Virus record (IMG/VR): IMGVR_UViG_3300045999_008996
Span: 1 to 64,000 of that record
Length of the DNA: 64,000 nucleotides
Reading direction: 5' to 3' (one strand)
In this document: positions 1 through 10,183 of the stretch, piece after piece
Layout of the letters: each line of letters starts with the position of its first letter
Numbering within the stretch: the stretch's first letter is position 1
Program-made: the position numbers and the translations under genes
Notes under the pieces: generated by a model
What the model saw: the letters and a program-made list of their open reading frames with translations, nothing else
Databases searched by the model: none
What the model was told of the DNA's origin: nothing

Positions 1-1023
1 CATGGTTAGAGCGGAAGCAACGTCTGCAGAGCAGAGGATGATGTTGCCCTTTCCACGACGAGTTCTCTGAGCGATTGCGTTAGCATCACGCTCAATCTGG
101 AACAGAAGACCCTTGAACTTCTCAACTGACCAACGACCGTTGGAGTCAACATCAAGGTCGAATACACCAGCGGTAGCAACGTTCTGAGAAGCACCCTTCT
201 CAGCGGTCATGTAGATTGTACGGATAACTTCACGGTTGATTTCAGCAAGAATCTCAGTTGACAGAATGTTTGCCAACTCAGCTTCTGCATTCAGACCGTG
301 AATTGCCTTGAGGTCCTGAGCAAGCTCAAGTGAGTACTCAGCCTTCAGAGCGCGTGACTTTGCAGTAACGGTGACTTTCTCGATTGAGAATGCCATCTGG
401 TTGAAATCATGACCAGATGTACCGAGGTTCTCTGAGTCTCCAGTAAGCATACCCTGACCAACGTTGTAGTCGGTAGGAGCAACTGAAGCAGCATTCAGAA
501 CTGCAGGGTTAGAACCTTGCTGAGTTGTTGTACCAATACCAGCAGCGGTGCTACCAAATCCAGCAAGAGCGAAGGATGAATCCTGACCCGAGAATGCCGA
601 ATCAACTTCGTTGAAGAAGGTCTCGTTGCCGCTCTGGCTATTGTAGCGTGAACGCATTGCGAAGATGAGTCCAGTAGGACCACTCATTGGTTGAACGCCT
701 GCAACGTCATAGGCGATCAGATTAGGCATCGAACGACGGATCAGCGAGATCAGTACGGGATCGAAACCTGCGGTAGGACCAGCAGCAGCTGCGCTACCAC
801 TGAAACCACCTGAACCACCAACAGCATTGCCGCTGTTAGTTGGCGACTCCATGAGCATACCCATGGAACCGTTATCGAAAGCAGATTGCTCACGAAGGAA
901 TTTTTCTTGGTTTTCGAGCAGGACAGCGGTTACAGCTCTACGATGAGAATCTTTGATCGAATCTAGACCTTGATAGTCCAGTAGAGGTGCCCACTTTTCC
1001 TGCAGATGCTCGGAATGGAACAT
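1..1023 (-). CDS. g23: Major capsid protein gp23 (5' part, runs off window start)
   Basis: Hand translation from ATG at 1023: MFHSEHLQEKWAPLLDYQGLDSIKDSHRRAVTAVLLENQE...GFDPVLISLIRRSMPNLIAYDVAGVQPMSGPTGLIFAMRSRY; follows g22. Confidence 0.97.
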   Translation of the reverse strand, partial: MFHSEHLQEKWAPLLDYQGLDSIKDSHRRAVTAVLLENQEKFLREQSAFDNGSMGMLMESPTNSGNAVGGSGGFSGSAAAAGPTAGFDPVLISLIRRSMPNLIAYDVAGVQPMSGPTGLIFAMRSRYNSQSGNETFFNEVDSAFSGQDSSFALAGFGSTAAGIGTTTQQGSNPAVLNAASVAPTDYNVGQGMLTGDSENLGTSGHDFNQMAFSIEKVTVTAKSRALKAEYSLELAQDLKAIHGLNAEAELANILSTEILAEINREVIRTIYMTAEKGASQNVATAGVFDLDVDSNGRWSVEKFKGLLFQIERDANAIAQRTRRGKGNIILCSADVASALTM

Positions 1024-1079
1024 TTGCTTTTACCTTTTACTAAGTGTTTGTTTTTGGGTTTGAATTATATTAAATTCAA

Positions 1080-2237
1080 TTATTTACTAAATGCTGAGAG
1101 GCTCTTCAGATAAGCAGCCATTGCTGGTGAGTGTGACTCGTGAGCAACACTTACGCCCTCAGAGAGAGTATCAGATTTAGTCGATGGAGAAACTCCTCTT
1201 GATGGGAAATATGATTCCCTCAATGTCTCCAATTTTTCACGATATTCTTCTTCACTTTCAAACTCAACACTTTCGGCAAGTGAAGCGAGCTTGTCTTTCT
1301 GAGTGTCTGCAAGACCATCAGAGACTTGTTCAAAGATTCCATCAGCAACCGACTCTGCGAGACGCTTGTTAAGGGAAACATTTCTCTCAATTTGCTCGTT
1401 GAGTTTTGTCTCCATTTCATCAAGTTTTTCTACCATGCTCTCTAGCACATCATATTTATCTTCAGGGATTGATACATAATGTTCTTCAAAAAGACCTCTC
1501 ATTCCTTGGAGGAATGATTCGGTCATTTCAGTCTTAAGACCGTGCTCGATAACGAGTGCATTTTCTTCCATCCACTCGCTAGCAACATACTCAAGGTATG
1601 CATCGAGACGCTCTGAAAGTTCTGACTTAATTTCTTCTACTTCTTCTGCAAGAGCAACAGTGTATTGCTCCTCAAGTGCTTCCTTAATATCAGAAACCTT
1701 GGAACGAAGAGCAGCTTCGAAAATGGTTCTTGCCTTTTCTTGAAACTCTTCGGAGAGATCTTCGCCGGCAAGCAGAGCATTAACATCTTCTTCGATGCTA
1801 AACTCTTCTTCCATTTCCTCTTCGTCGTCTTCCTCTTCCTCTTCGTCTTCGTCTTTACCCTTTTTCTTTTCGCCTTCTTCCTCTTCGTGCTTAGCTTCTG
1901 CTACTTCTTCGGTATCTTCTAGGAGTTCTTCGTCTTCGTCATACTCAAACTCTTCATCTTCCTTAACACCCTTCATACTCTCAGCAGCTGCAGCACCCTT
2001 GTTGACAACATCCTTAACTTGCTTAAGTGATCCACCAGGTGTCTTTAGTTTTGCTGAATCGTCAGTTGAACGATAATTGGAAGGATCAGGACCTCCGAGA
2101 TCTTCCCAACCCGCAGTTTGTCCTGGTGTTGCTCCAGATAGACTTGGCATTGAATCCCCTGCCTTAGCACTAGCATTGACAGCGGTTCTGGATTGCTTAG
2201 TGCCTACTTCCATTTCTTGTAAATCTCCACGAGACAT
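1080..2237 (-). CDS. g22: Prohead core scaffold protein gp22
   Basis: Acidic coiled-coil, LSEEFQEKARTIFEAA and YLEYVASEWMEEN motifs; between g21 and g23. Confidence 0.93.
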   Translation of the reverse strand: MSRGDLQEMEVGTKQSRTAVNASAKAGDSMPSLSGATPGQTAGWEDLGGPDPSNYRSTDDSAKLKTPGGSLKQVKDVVNKGAAAAESMKGVKEDEEFEYDEDEELLEDTEEVAEAKHEEEEGEKKKGKDEDEEEEEDDEEEMEEEFSIEEDVNALLAGEDLSEEFQEKARTIFEAALRSKVSDIKEALEEQYTVALAEEVEEIKSELSERLDAYLEYVASEWMEENALVIEHGLKTEMTESFLQGMRGLFEEHYVSIPEDKYDVLESMVEKLDEMETKLNEQIERNVSLNKRLAESVADGIFEQVSDGLADTQKDKLASLAESVEFESEEEYREKLETLRESYFPSRGVSPSTKSDTLSEGVSVAHESHSPAMAAYLKSLSAFSK

Positions 2238-2275
2238 TTGAACTCTCCGTTTAACCTTTAGTTATAAACTATATT

Positions 2276-2283
2276 TATTTATA
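2276..2283 (-). promoter_or_regulatory. T4-type late promoter TATAAATA (g22/g23)
   Basis: Exact TATAAATA on minus strand upstream of g22. Confidence 0.8.
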
Positions 2284-2293
2284 ATTAAATAAA

Positions 2294-2944
2294 TTACAAT
2301 GAGTTTAAAAACTCATTAAATAAACTCAACTTATACTCTTCAAGAAGTTTTTCATCTACAAGAGTATTAATTCTTCTTTGAGTTTGTTCTGCCATTTTTT
2401 CGCGAAGCATTCCGCCATCCCAAATCCACTCTTTTCCTTCCATAATTCCCTGAACAAAAGCATCGGGTGCAGAAGGATCAGCAACAATATCAGCAGCAGT
2501 TGCAAGCATGAAGTCTTCACCAACTTCAGTGTAACCTTCGTTGTTTGGTTTTACCGAACCAATACCGCGAGAAGAAACGCCGAGAGTTACTCCCTCTTTA
2601 AGAAGTGACTCTGCAATTTTACCCATTGGAGTAGATAGAATCTGTGCCTTACCAATAAAATTATTTCCTTCGCGTTGAAGTGAAACAATCTTGTGAGAAA
2701 CACGGTCAAGATTTACAGTTGGACCATCGGGGTGCCCAAGTTCTCCAAGAGCACGACCTTTATCAACATACTGTTCAGTATAACGCTTTACCTCTCTTTC
2801 CATAACAGGCAAACGATACATTCTACCGTTTCTGTTTACAACTTCAGTTTGTAAGAAAGGTCCTTGAATATAAAGAGTCTTCTTACCGTTGACCGTTTCG
2901 GTAAGGACTTCTACTGATTCGATTTCTTCGGTAATGAGTTTCAT
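2294..2944 (-). CDS. g21: Prohead protease gp21
   Basis: NRNGRMY, ALGELGHP, GVSSRGIGS, DIVADPSAPDA motifs. Confidence 0.96.
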   Translation of the reverse strand: MKLITEEIESVEVLTETVNGKKTLYIQGPFLQTEVVNRNGRMYRLPVMEREVKRYTEQYVDKGRALGELGHPDGPTVNLDRVSHKIVSLQREGNNFIGKAQILSTPMGKIAESLLKEGVTLGVSSRGIGSVKPNNEGYTEVGEDFMLATAADIVADPSAPDAFVQGIMEGKEWIWDGGMLREKMAEQTQRRINTLVDEKLLEEYKLSLFNEFLNSL

Positions 2945-3495
2945 TATGCTTGACCTGTGATTTGTACTTGTTGGAAATAAAGTGTTCCTGAACTGACACC
3001 GTATGCGGAAATCTTATTAGAAACAACTACTGATGCATCTGCTGCAGAGAATGCCGTTACAATTCCGCTTGAATTGTAATCAACAGTCATTCTTGTTGAA
3101 AAATAACCATCAACACCAGCAGAAGTATCAATTGATACAACTCTTTGGTGAGTAAAATTATAATAAGATTGACCAGTTGCAGTTAAAGTTACATAATCAC
3201 CAACTGCGAATGGAACTTGAGTTCCTTCCGGAACAGTAACAATTGTTGTTGTTCCGGTAGTTACCCCAACAACTCTGTTTGATGCTTTAGTTAAACCTAA
3301 AGTTACAGCATCACCTGCAGGAACATAATAATCGGCACTAGTTGCTGCGGGAGTAACTCCAATCGCAACATGAGCGGCACCACCAACTGCAACCACTCTC
3401 AAAACACTAGATTGAACAGTAAAAGCAGATGATGTTGTTGCAGCACCTGCAGTAAATGTAAATGAGGAACCCACCCCAACTGGTCTATGAGCCAT
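2944..3495 (-). CDS. Hypothetical virion-associated protein (beta-rich)
   Basis: 183 aa Thr/Val/Gly-rich ORF with late promoter TATAAATA at 3519-3526. Confidence 0.7.
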   Translation of the reverse strand: MAHRPVGVGSSFTFTAGAATTSSAFTVQSSVLRVVAVGGAAHVAIGVTPAATSADYYVPAGDAVTLGLTKASNRVVGVTTGTTTIVTVPEGTQVPFAVGDYVTLTATGQSYYNFTHQRVVSIDTSAGVDGYFSTRMTVDYNSSGIVTAFSAADASVVVSNKISAYGVSSGTLYFQQVQITGQA

Positions 3496-3535
3496 TATTT
3501 TTATAGTACACTTTTAGTTATTTATAAATTTACGA

Positions 3536-4810
3536 TTACCTCTGTTCAATCCAGTTAAGAACCGCAAGTGCTGATTTATTTGTATTAGGACTTGCACAAG
3601 CAAGTGTATAAGTATCACTGATTGTTCCTATTCCACTTCTTCCCAGTTGAAGTGCTGCTCTATCATCAACCTCGATTAATTGTGATCCACCACCAACAAC
3701 AAATCCATTTAACAAGTTAGTTCCGCCACTTAATGCGGTAGCGGTAATGTTATATTGCATAAAAGAATTTGGGTCTGGATGATTAACCCAAGTTCCACCA
3801 GTAATTGTTGCATTTTCAATCAATCTCCAATAAACATTGGTATTATCATTTGTTGCTGTTTGTAACGATCTCAATAACATTACAGCAGTTAAATTATTTG
3901 GTTTTAAACGAAGACTTATAATTGGATAAAATGTATCTGCCGCCGTCATAGTTGTCCCAGTGATGGGATTTGAAATACTCAAAAGAGTTCCAAGTTTTTC
4001 TGGTTCTCCTTCTTGGATGAGAGAATTTGACCCCTGATAAAGATAATGAGTTCCTGCAACACCAGTTATATTTTCTATCTCACAACGAATTGGTAAGAAT
4101 GGTGTTCCGCACCAAACTGTATTTGCAGTATTTGCATTATCAAATGTATGACTATGAATGGTTTCATTTTTCATTAACCAATTAAACTGAACGATACCTG
4201 CACCATACCACTCATAATTGATTGAAATCATTTGCTGTTTTGTTGGATCTGCAGTTACTCCAGTCCATCCGTTCCCATCAAACTTTTCTCCATTCCAGTT
4301 TTCTCTGGTTACTCTGGTTTCTGTGGTAATTCCAGTCGTAGTACTGCGAATTACATAAGAATATGTTCCACCGTCATCCTCAAAAAATGTTCCATTATAT
4401 TCGTCAAACAATCCAAATCTTCTGCGTATTCCTACTTTTGGTTCTTCAAGACGAATAGCAAATGCCAAAGTTGCACTCCTACCCGGAATGTATCTCATCA
4501 CCTGTTTGGTTTGGCGAATAACTTTACTTCCTGCAGTAGAACCTACCTGCAATATGACGTTGCTAGCATTCACATTATGAGTTGCAGTTCCAACTCCAAC
4601 TATGCTCTCATCCCATACATCAGTTTCTTTTCCATACTGGAAAGTGTTGAAGAAAACTGTTTGATATGGAGCAACTTTGAGTCTATTGCTATTAGAAAAT
4701 TGAGGACGCCAATCAGTTTGATTTCCCCAGTGGTCTGCAATATTGAAAACTTCAAATAAAGTTCTTTCTTGATTTAAGAAATCTTGAGTATTCTTATTCC
4801 ACTGAGCCAT
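3536..4810 (-). CDS. Hypothetical, probable virion structural protein
   Basis: 424 aa ORF inside head gene cluster. Confidence 0.7.
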   Translation of the reverse strand: MAQWNKNTQDFLNQERTLFEVFNIADHWGNQTDWRPQFSNSNRLKVAPYQTVFFNTFQYGKETDVWDESIVGVGTATHNVNASNVILQVGSTAGSKVIRQTKQVMRYIPGRSATLAFAIRLEEPKVGIRRRFGLFDEYNGTFFEDDGGTYSYVIRSTTTGITTETRVTRENWNGEKFDGNGWTGVTADPTKQQMISINYEWYGAGIVQFNWLMKNETIHSHTFDNANTANTVWCGTPFLPIRCEIENITGVAGTHYLYQGSNSLIQEGEPEKLGTLLSISNPITGTTMTAADTFYPIISLRLKPNNLTAVMLLRSLQTATNDNTNVYWRLIENATITGGTWVNHPDPNSFMQYNITATALSGGTNLLNGFVVGGGSQLIEVDDRAALQLGRSGIGTISDTYTLACASPNTNKSALAVLNWIEQR

Positions 4811-4813
4811 TTA

Positions 4814-5134
4814 TCAATCAATCCATTCTAATTTTGATGGGTGGTATCTGCTTGCTTTTTTAATATTGCAGTTCTTTTCTGCAATTGGATAAATCTGGTG
4901 AACAATTGCACCTGGATACTCTGCTTGCAATTCTTCACCTAAAGACTGTTTGGATGGAATACCATTTTGACTGGTTAATTCCATCCGATAAAGACTTCCG
5001 TTCCACAGTACATCTGCGACATATTCTTCACCGACCGATTGTGGTTCTGGTTGAGAAGAATTGATGTAAAGATTTCCGTTAAAATCTCCAGAAATATTTA
5101 CAGATTCTGAGATGAACTGTTTAAAGGATTTCAT
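4814..5134 (-). CDS. Putative internal head protein
   Basis: N-terminus MKSFKQFISE resembles T4 capsid targeting sequence MKTYQEFIAE. Confidence 0.6.
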   Translation of the reverse strand: MKSFKQFISESVNISGDFNGNLYINSSQPEPQSVGEEYVADVLWNGSLYRMELTSQNGIPSKQSLGEELQAEYPGAIVHQIYPIAEKNCNIKKASRYHPSKLEWID

Positions 5135-5292
5135 TCTTCCTCTTCTGTTTCGCTATTGAACATTGCGTTTGCTACTGCAGGACGAAAATCATCAACTTTT
5201 TCTGCTGCTTTTGCAAATAAAAGGTCTTTGATTTTGTCACTAATCTGAGAAGGTGATTCGTCAGCAGCAATCATATCCAGTAAATCATCCAT
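5131..5292 (-). CDS. Small acidic prohead core-like protein (gp67 position), 53 aa
   Basis: Hand translation MDDLLDMIAADESPSQISDKIKDLLFAKAAEKVDDFRPAVANAMFNSETEEEE; right after g20; late promoter 5321-5328. Confidence 0.7.
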   Translation of the reverse strand: MDDLLDMIAADESPSQISDKIKDLLFAKAAEKVDDFRPAVANAMFNSETEEEE

Positions 5293-5323
5293 TGTTTAAA
5301 TTCCAATTAATAATCGTTTTTAT

Positions 5324-7012
5324 TTATATCTCACCACCCTTGGGCATTTCTGCTGCCTTAGCATTAACTTCTGTTGCTTTTTCTTGAGTTCTTAAATCTG
5401 GTTCCATTACTGGTTGCCCAAGATCCATTTGTGAAGTCTGATCGAGTGGAAGACCTGTTTGTGGATCAACTGGTTGATTTGGATCTGGAATTATGCCTTC
5501 TTCAATTTCTTTTTTAATGAGAGCGTCTTGCTCAAGAATTTCAATATCAGTTTGACGAAGAACCTTCCTTCTTACATAATCTTGTGAGAAATATCTACCA
5601 ACATATGGTTCCGCAACTTGGACCATATTCAATCTTTCATTGAGTAACTCCGCATCCTTCAGTTCTGCAAAGTGATTATCATATAGGAAGTCATACTGAA
5701 TGTGCTCATCCATCTTATTCCAGTCTTCTGGAGTAATGATATTTTTAAGAATCAGTTGAGTTCTTAGCATATCACTGAACATATATGAGAATCTCTTTCT
5801 CAAACGAGCAACAAACTTACTAAACTTAACTTCATCTCTCAGAATTTCTGATGAACGACCGAGATTAAAACCACCTTCTCCATCCATTCTTGATGGTGGA
5901 ACATTCAGAGAACGATAAAGTTTCTTTTTGAAATATTCAATATCTGTAATTTCTCCAAGATTTTGTCCACCAGGAAGTGTAGAGATTTCAGTTCCTCTAC
6001 CACCTTCCCTTCTAGGAAGCCAGAAGTCCTCAAGCATCGCCATGAATTTCTTGTCATCGCGAATTTCTCCAGTACTTGCATCATAAACTTGCTTATTACG
6101 ATATCTCATCATCACATCTCTGAGATATTGCTCCGCTTTCACCTTAGGAAGATTACCCACATCAATGTAGAAAATTCTTCTTTCAGGAGCACGAGAAAGG
6201 CGATAGATAACCAAAGAGTCCTCAATCATACGAAGTTGATTGAGTGATTTAATTGCTTTGTGAAGATATGAAAGAGTCGATCCCTTATTTCTATCTACAA
6301 GACCGGAAGTGCAATAAGTAATCGAATCCTTTGTCATTCTAACTCCAGAATTTGATCCACCCAATGTTCCAGGAGCTGGAGTTCCTGTTGGATAGGTCAT
6401 TTTTGGTTCATAGATAAAATATTCATCAATCTGCGGAAAATCGTAGTCCATTGGATTATCGATATTCCTATTTGAAACTCTATATTTGTTATCTTCTTTT
6501 TTAATTGCCTGGCGAACATAACGCATTTTCATTGCGTCAATATATCTCAACTCTTGTATTCCTGCCTCAGGATTCTTTAGATCTACGACTTTATGATAAT
6601 ACAGTCTTCCATCAATATACCAGTTTCTATAAATTTCATGTGATTTTTTATCAAAATCTAAAAGTTCAAGAATATATTTAAATTCCTGTCTAATTTTCTT
6701 TTTAATACCGTCACTTGCATTTAGATTATCTAAATCAATCTGAACAGGACTATCATTGGTATCTGATACAATTGCTTCATTTACAATATCTTCAATGGCA
6801 CTATCACACTCTGGGTGTAGTGCCATTTCACGATATCTTTTGATAAGATCAAATTCTGTTCTATATACACCCTCAATATCTACATACGAACCAAAAAAAC
6901 CACTACTCAGGTAATGGTCAACCCCGTCCTCCTTATTTGGGGGAACGGGGGAAACAACACCGGGAGATAATGGTTCATTATCTTCAATCGAAAAACCAAA
7001 AAGTTTCGCCAT
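5324..7012 (-). CDS. g20: Portal vertex protein gp20
   Basis: YRLSRAPERRIFYIDVGNLP, EDFWLPRREGGRGTEI motifs. Confidence 0.98.
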   Translation of the reverse strand: MAKLFGFSIEDNEPLSPGVVSPVPPNKEDGVDHYLSSGFFGSYVDIEGVYRTEFDLIKRYREMALHPECDSAIEDIVNEAIVSDTNDSPVQIDLDNLNASDGIKKKIRQEFKYILELLDFDKKSHEIYRNWYIDGRLYYHKVVDLKNPEAGIQELRYIDAMKMRYVRQAIKKEDNKYRVSNRNIDNPMDYDFPQIDEYFIYEPKMTYPTGTPAPGTLGGSNSGVRMTKDSITYCTSGLVDRNKGSTLSYLHKAIKSLNQLRMIEDSLVIYRLSRAPERRIFYIDVGNLPKVKAEQYLRDVMMRYRNKQVYDASTGEIRDDKKFMAMLEDFWLPRREGGRGTEISTLPGGQNLGEITDIEYFKKKLYRSLNVPPSRMDGEGGFNLGRSSEILRDEVKFSKFVARLRKRFSYMFSDMLRTQLILKNIITPEDWNKMDEHIQYDFLYDNHFAELKDAELLNERLNMVQVAEPYVGRYFSQDYVRRKVLRQTDIEILEQDALIKKEIEEGIIPDPNQPVDPQTGLPLDQTSQMDLGQPVMEPDLRTQEKATEVNAKAAEMPKGGEI

Positions 7013-7047
7013 AATTTATTTTTTAACTTCGTTCTTTTGTCTATTTA

Positions 7048-7614
7048 TTATGCTTCTTCAGTTGAAGGTGTCCAGTATTGAACTTGGAATTCAACAGTGA
7101 ACTCTTCAATAGTATCTGAACTATCATAAGATAGATCAATTGCGGCAATATTGGTTGGAAAAATATCATAGAACTTATAAGTTGCTGCAACTTCAAGTCC
7201 TGATCCAGTAGGAGTATTCTTCCCTACACTACTCTTTCCTCTCTTAAATTGCTTTACGAAAGCATTGCACATGTAATCCGATGGATTGGTAAAACCACTT
7301 CCATCAGCATATTGACCAATAGACTGCATCCAAGCTTCCATTGCATCTCTAATAAGGAAGTCTTGGTCGTTGATAATTGTAACGGTCCAAGTATCAAAGG
7401 TTCTGTCTCCAGCAACCTTAAAGATTCTTCCTCTAAAAGGAACATCGATTGATGCGATGTTTGATGCAGGCAATGCAGCTGCTTTACATAGAATTGGAAA
7501 ATTCTCAGTAAGATTTACCGCATTTGGTGGTGATGGAATTGTTACCTCAAATAGATTGGGGCGGGCACCGCCCCCAATGAGTGCTGATTTGAAGTCCTGA
7601 ATTGAGTGTGCCAT
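7048..7614 (-). CDS. g19: Tail tube protein gp19
   Basis: GGARPNLFEV, GDRTFDTWTVT, IEEFTVEF motifs. Confidence 0.96.
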   Translation of the reverse strand: MAHSIQDFKSALIGGGARPNLFEVTIPSPPNAVNLTENFPILCKAAALPASNIASIDVPFRGRIFKVAGDRTFDTWTVTIINDQDFLIRDAMEAWMQSIGQYADGSGFTNPSDYMCNAFVKQFKRGKSSVGKNTPTGSGLEVAATYKFYDIFPTNIAAIDLSYDSSDTIEEFTVEFQVQYWTPSTEEA

Positions 7615-7648
7615 TTTTTAGTTCCTCCTTTGATGGTGTTATTTAAAA

Positions 7649-9853
7649 TCAAACAGTACCAGCAACTTCTTCAAAACTTACTCCCGTTCTGGTAGCAACA
7701 AAAGTAAGAGTTACATAGTTAATGGACTTGGCAGGCTTCAGGTAGATGTCTGCTCTAAATTCATTGTTATCAATAACATCTGGAGTGTTATTTGAAGCAT
7801 CACAGACTACCAAGAATCCATAAAGACCACGCTTTGCCTGAACATCGCGGAGGTATGGTTCAACAATATTTCTAAAGTTTGCTCTTGTAATTTCATCGTT
7901 CAGTTCAAAGAGTTGTGCCTGAGCAGATCTTTGAAGTGCTTGCTCAACCGTGAGGAAGAGACGACGAACGTTAATTCTGTCGAATGCCGAAGCATATCCA
8001 AGAGCAGTTTTATCGCCAAAGAGAAGAATACCAACTCCGGGTTGATTTACAATGGAGTTAATTCTCAATGGATATAGTTGATCTCTTTGTGCCTTATTTG
8101 GATTATATGCAAGCTTGATTGCATTATTTAAAATACCTCTTTGTTGACCAGCAGGAGAGAACCAAGGATATGCAACAATACTTGTTCTAACCATCAATCC
8201 AGCAACGTCTGCGTTACAAGGAATGTAACGGAACTTATTGTTGAATCTATCATAAGTGTACTTATAACCAGAATCAAATACTGCATAAGATGAAGAAGAA
8301 AGTGGTGAGAAGAACTCAACAACATTATCAGTTTGAGTATCTGTATTTGTTATATCAACAACATCGGCTCTATGCGGAGAAATCACAGCAATACAGTCTT
8401 TTCTTCCGTTTGCAATAGAAATTAGGTGATTTGCTTTTGCTTGCGATTCGGACTTGTTACTTAGACCGGGACCCATAATTAAATAATCTACTTCAATCTC
8501 ATCTTTGTTGGAGAAAAGATTATATGCGGCAAATAGGTCACCAAGAGTTGCTGACATTCCACCATTGTTGGAATAGTCTTTACCTCCACTTAAAGTATAA
8601 GTTACATTCCCAAGAGCACTGTAGGTTTTATCTTGTACGTCTTGGTTCCAAAGACCTTGTGATGTAGTAAAACTAACAAAAGAGGTAGAGAATCCAGTTG
8701 CATATACTGGTTCATTAACATTAGCAGAGTCTGATGGATTATCTCCAACATAAACATAGTTTGAGTAAACTGCCAGATAATTTTTCCACCAGATTTTTTG
8801 TGGAGAATTGATTGCAGAAACTGCATCAGTTGCTTTAGAAAGTCCAAGATGCTTTTCAAGAAGATTTCCTTGAATTCCAGTAACTGCTCCAGTATCGTCT
8901 ACAACTACTACATGAATTTCATCATTCTTTCCATTTCTATTTACTGCATACTGGGAAGTTCCTGGCTTTGGTGCAATTGAACTCCAATAAATTGCAGTGT
9001 TAGTTAACTGTAGTGTTTGTTGGTCATACCAGTCACGTATTGGATTAGTGCCTGTATTGATTGTTGAAACTCCAGCAGTTACCGCAACTCCAGAACTGTT
9101 AATTAGATTAACAACTAAGTTTCCGCCACCAGTTGCTGCCCTGAATGATTGTAACTGTGATTTTGGAGCATAATTAACTGGGGTTTCTACTCCCCCTGTA
9201 GAAACTACAGAAGTAACTTTTACATCAACAGTGCTAGCACCAATACCAGTAATGATTCCCTTTAGATATCCGTTGAATATTGAAGTTGTTCCAACACCTG
9301 CAGATGGAACATTGGTTAGAGTAGTTGTAATACCCATACCAACAGTTGCTGCTGAAGTAAATCCAGATCCAACTGTTAAAATCTGGTCCGCTTTATCATC
9401 AATTACACAGACTTTAAGATTATTTGCCCAAGAACCTGGATTTTTTGCAGCAAAAATATAATTTGCAATATCATCTGCATAATTTGCCTCATAATCATCA
9501 AAGTTTTTAATTTTAAGTGAAGGTTCTCCTGCAGTCGAAACTCCAGAGGCATTTCTGATTGCGTTAGCATTTACAAGGTTTGTTCCATCAACTCTAGCAA
9601 CTTTAAGAACACCACCATATGATAAGTATGAGGATGCACTCATCCAGTATTCATACTGTGCATCTGTAGAAATTGGTTTTCCAAAAACGTTGATTAGTTC
9701 GTTTTCTGTGGTGATATCAATCGCTTCATTAACTGGACCAATTGCAAAGGGACCCGCAATTGCTCCAATGTTATCTAAAACATTATCAGCTCTCCCTACA
9801 GTTAAATCAACTTCTCTGACGAGTACGCCTGGAGATAATTGAGGAGTCGCCAT
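7649..9853 (-). CDS. g18: Tail sheath protein gp18
   Basis: LSPGVLVREVD N-terminus; PWFSPAG, FDRINVRRLF motifs. Confidence 0.97.
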   Translation of the reverse strand: MATPQLSPGVLVREVDLTVGRADNVLDNIGAIAGPFAIGPVNEAIDITTENELINVFGKPISTDAQYEYWMSASSYLSYGGVLKVARVDGTNLVNANAIRNASGVSTAGEPSLKIKNFDDYEANYADDIANYIFAAKNPGSWANNLKVCVIDDKADQILTVGSGFTSAATVGMGITTTLTNVPSAGVGTTSIFNGYLKGIITGIGASTVDVKVTSVVSTGGVETPVNYAPKSQLQSFRAATGGGNLVVNLINSSGVAVTAGVSTINTGTNPIRDWYDQQTLQLTNTAIYWSSIAPKPGTSQYAVNRNGKNDEIHVVVVDDTGAVTGIQGNLLEKHLGLSKATDAVSAINSPQKIWWKNYLAVYSNYVYVGDNPSDSANVNEPVYATGFSTSFVSFTTSQGLWNQDVQDKTYSALGNVTYTLSGGKDYSNNGGMSATLGDLFAAYNLFSNKDEIEVDYLIMGPGLSNKSESQAKANHLISIANGRKDCIAVISPHRADVVDITNTDTQTDNVVEFFSPLSSSSYAVFDSGYKYTYDRFNNKFRYIPCNADVAGLMVRTSIVAYPWFSPAGQQRGILNNAIKLAYNPNKAQRDQLYPLRINSIVNQPGVGILLFGDKTALGYASAFDRINVRRLFLTVEQALQRSAQAQLFELNDEITRANFRNIVEPYLRDVQAKRGLYGFLVVCDASNNTPDVIDNNEFRADIYLKPAKSINYVTLTFVATRTGVSFEEVAGTV

Positions 9854-9934
9854 GTTTTTCTCCGTAAATCTCAGTTAACTAAAAATTATTTATTAAAAAG
9901 TTACTTTACGTGGAAGGAAACATGACGTGAATAT

Positions 9935-10183
9935 CTACCAATCAGGATATTCTGTATCCATAACGCGAGGATTCATTTTTCTTGTTCCAACTACTCTTTT
10001 TATAGTACACTCTTTACACTCATAGGAATATGAGGATGCTACTGGACCTCTATCTTTACGTGTTCTATAAAATTCCCCAATTAAATTCTTCATTTCTCCA
10101 CAAGTTCTACACTGCCTATCAGTTAATAATAAATGTCCTAGTCTTATTTGTTTGTCGATATCCATTATGATAGATATTCCCAC
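9935..10183 (-). CDS. Small Zn-binding hypothetical protein
   Basis: CRTC...CKEC; real start may be Met7. Confidence 0.65.
   Translation of the reverse strand: MGISIIMDIDKQIRLGHLLLTDRQCRTCGEMKNLIGEFYRTRKDRGPVASSYSYECKECTIKRVVGTRKMNPRVMDTEYPDW

Noticed and set aside
6-683. Short minus-strand ORFs 6-194 and 495-683
   Set aside because: Alternative frames within g23
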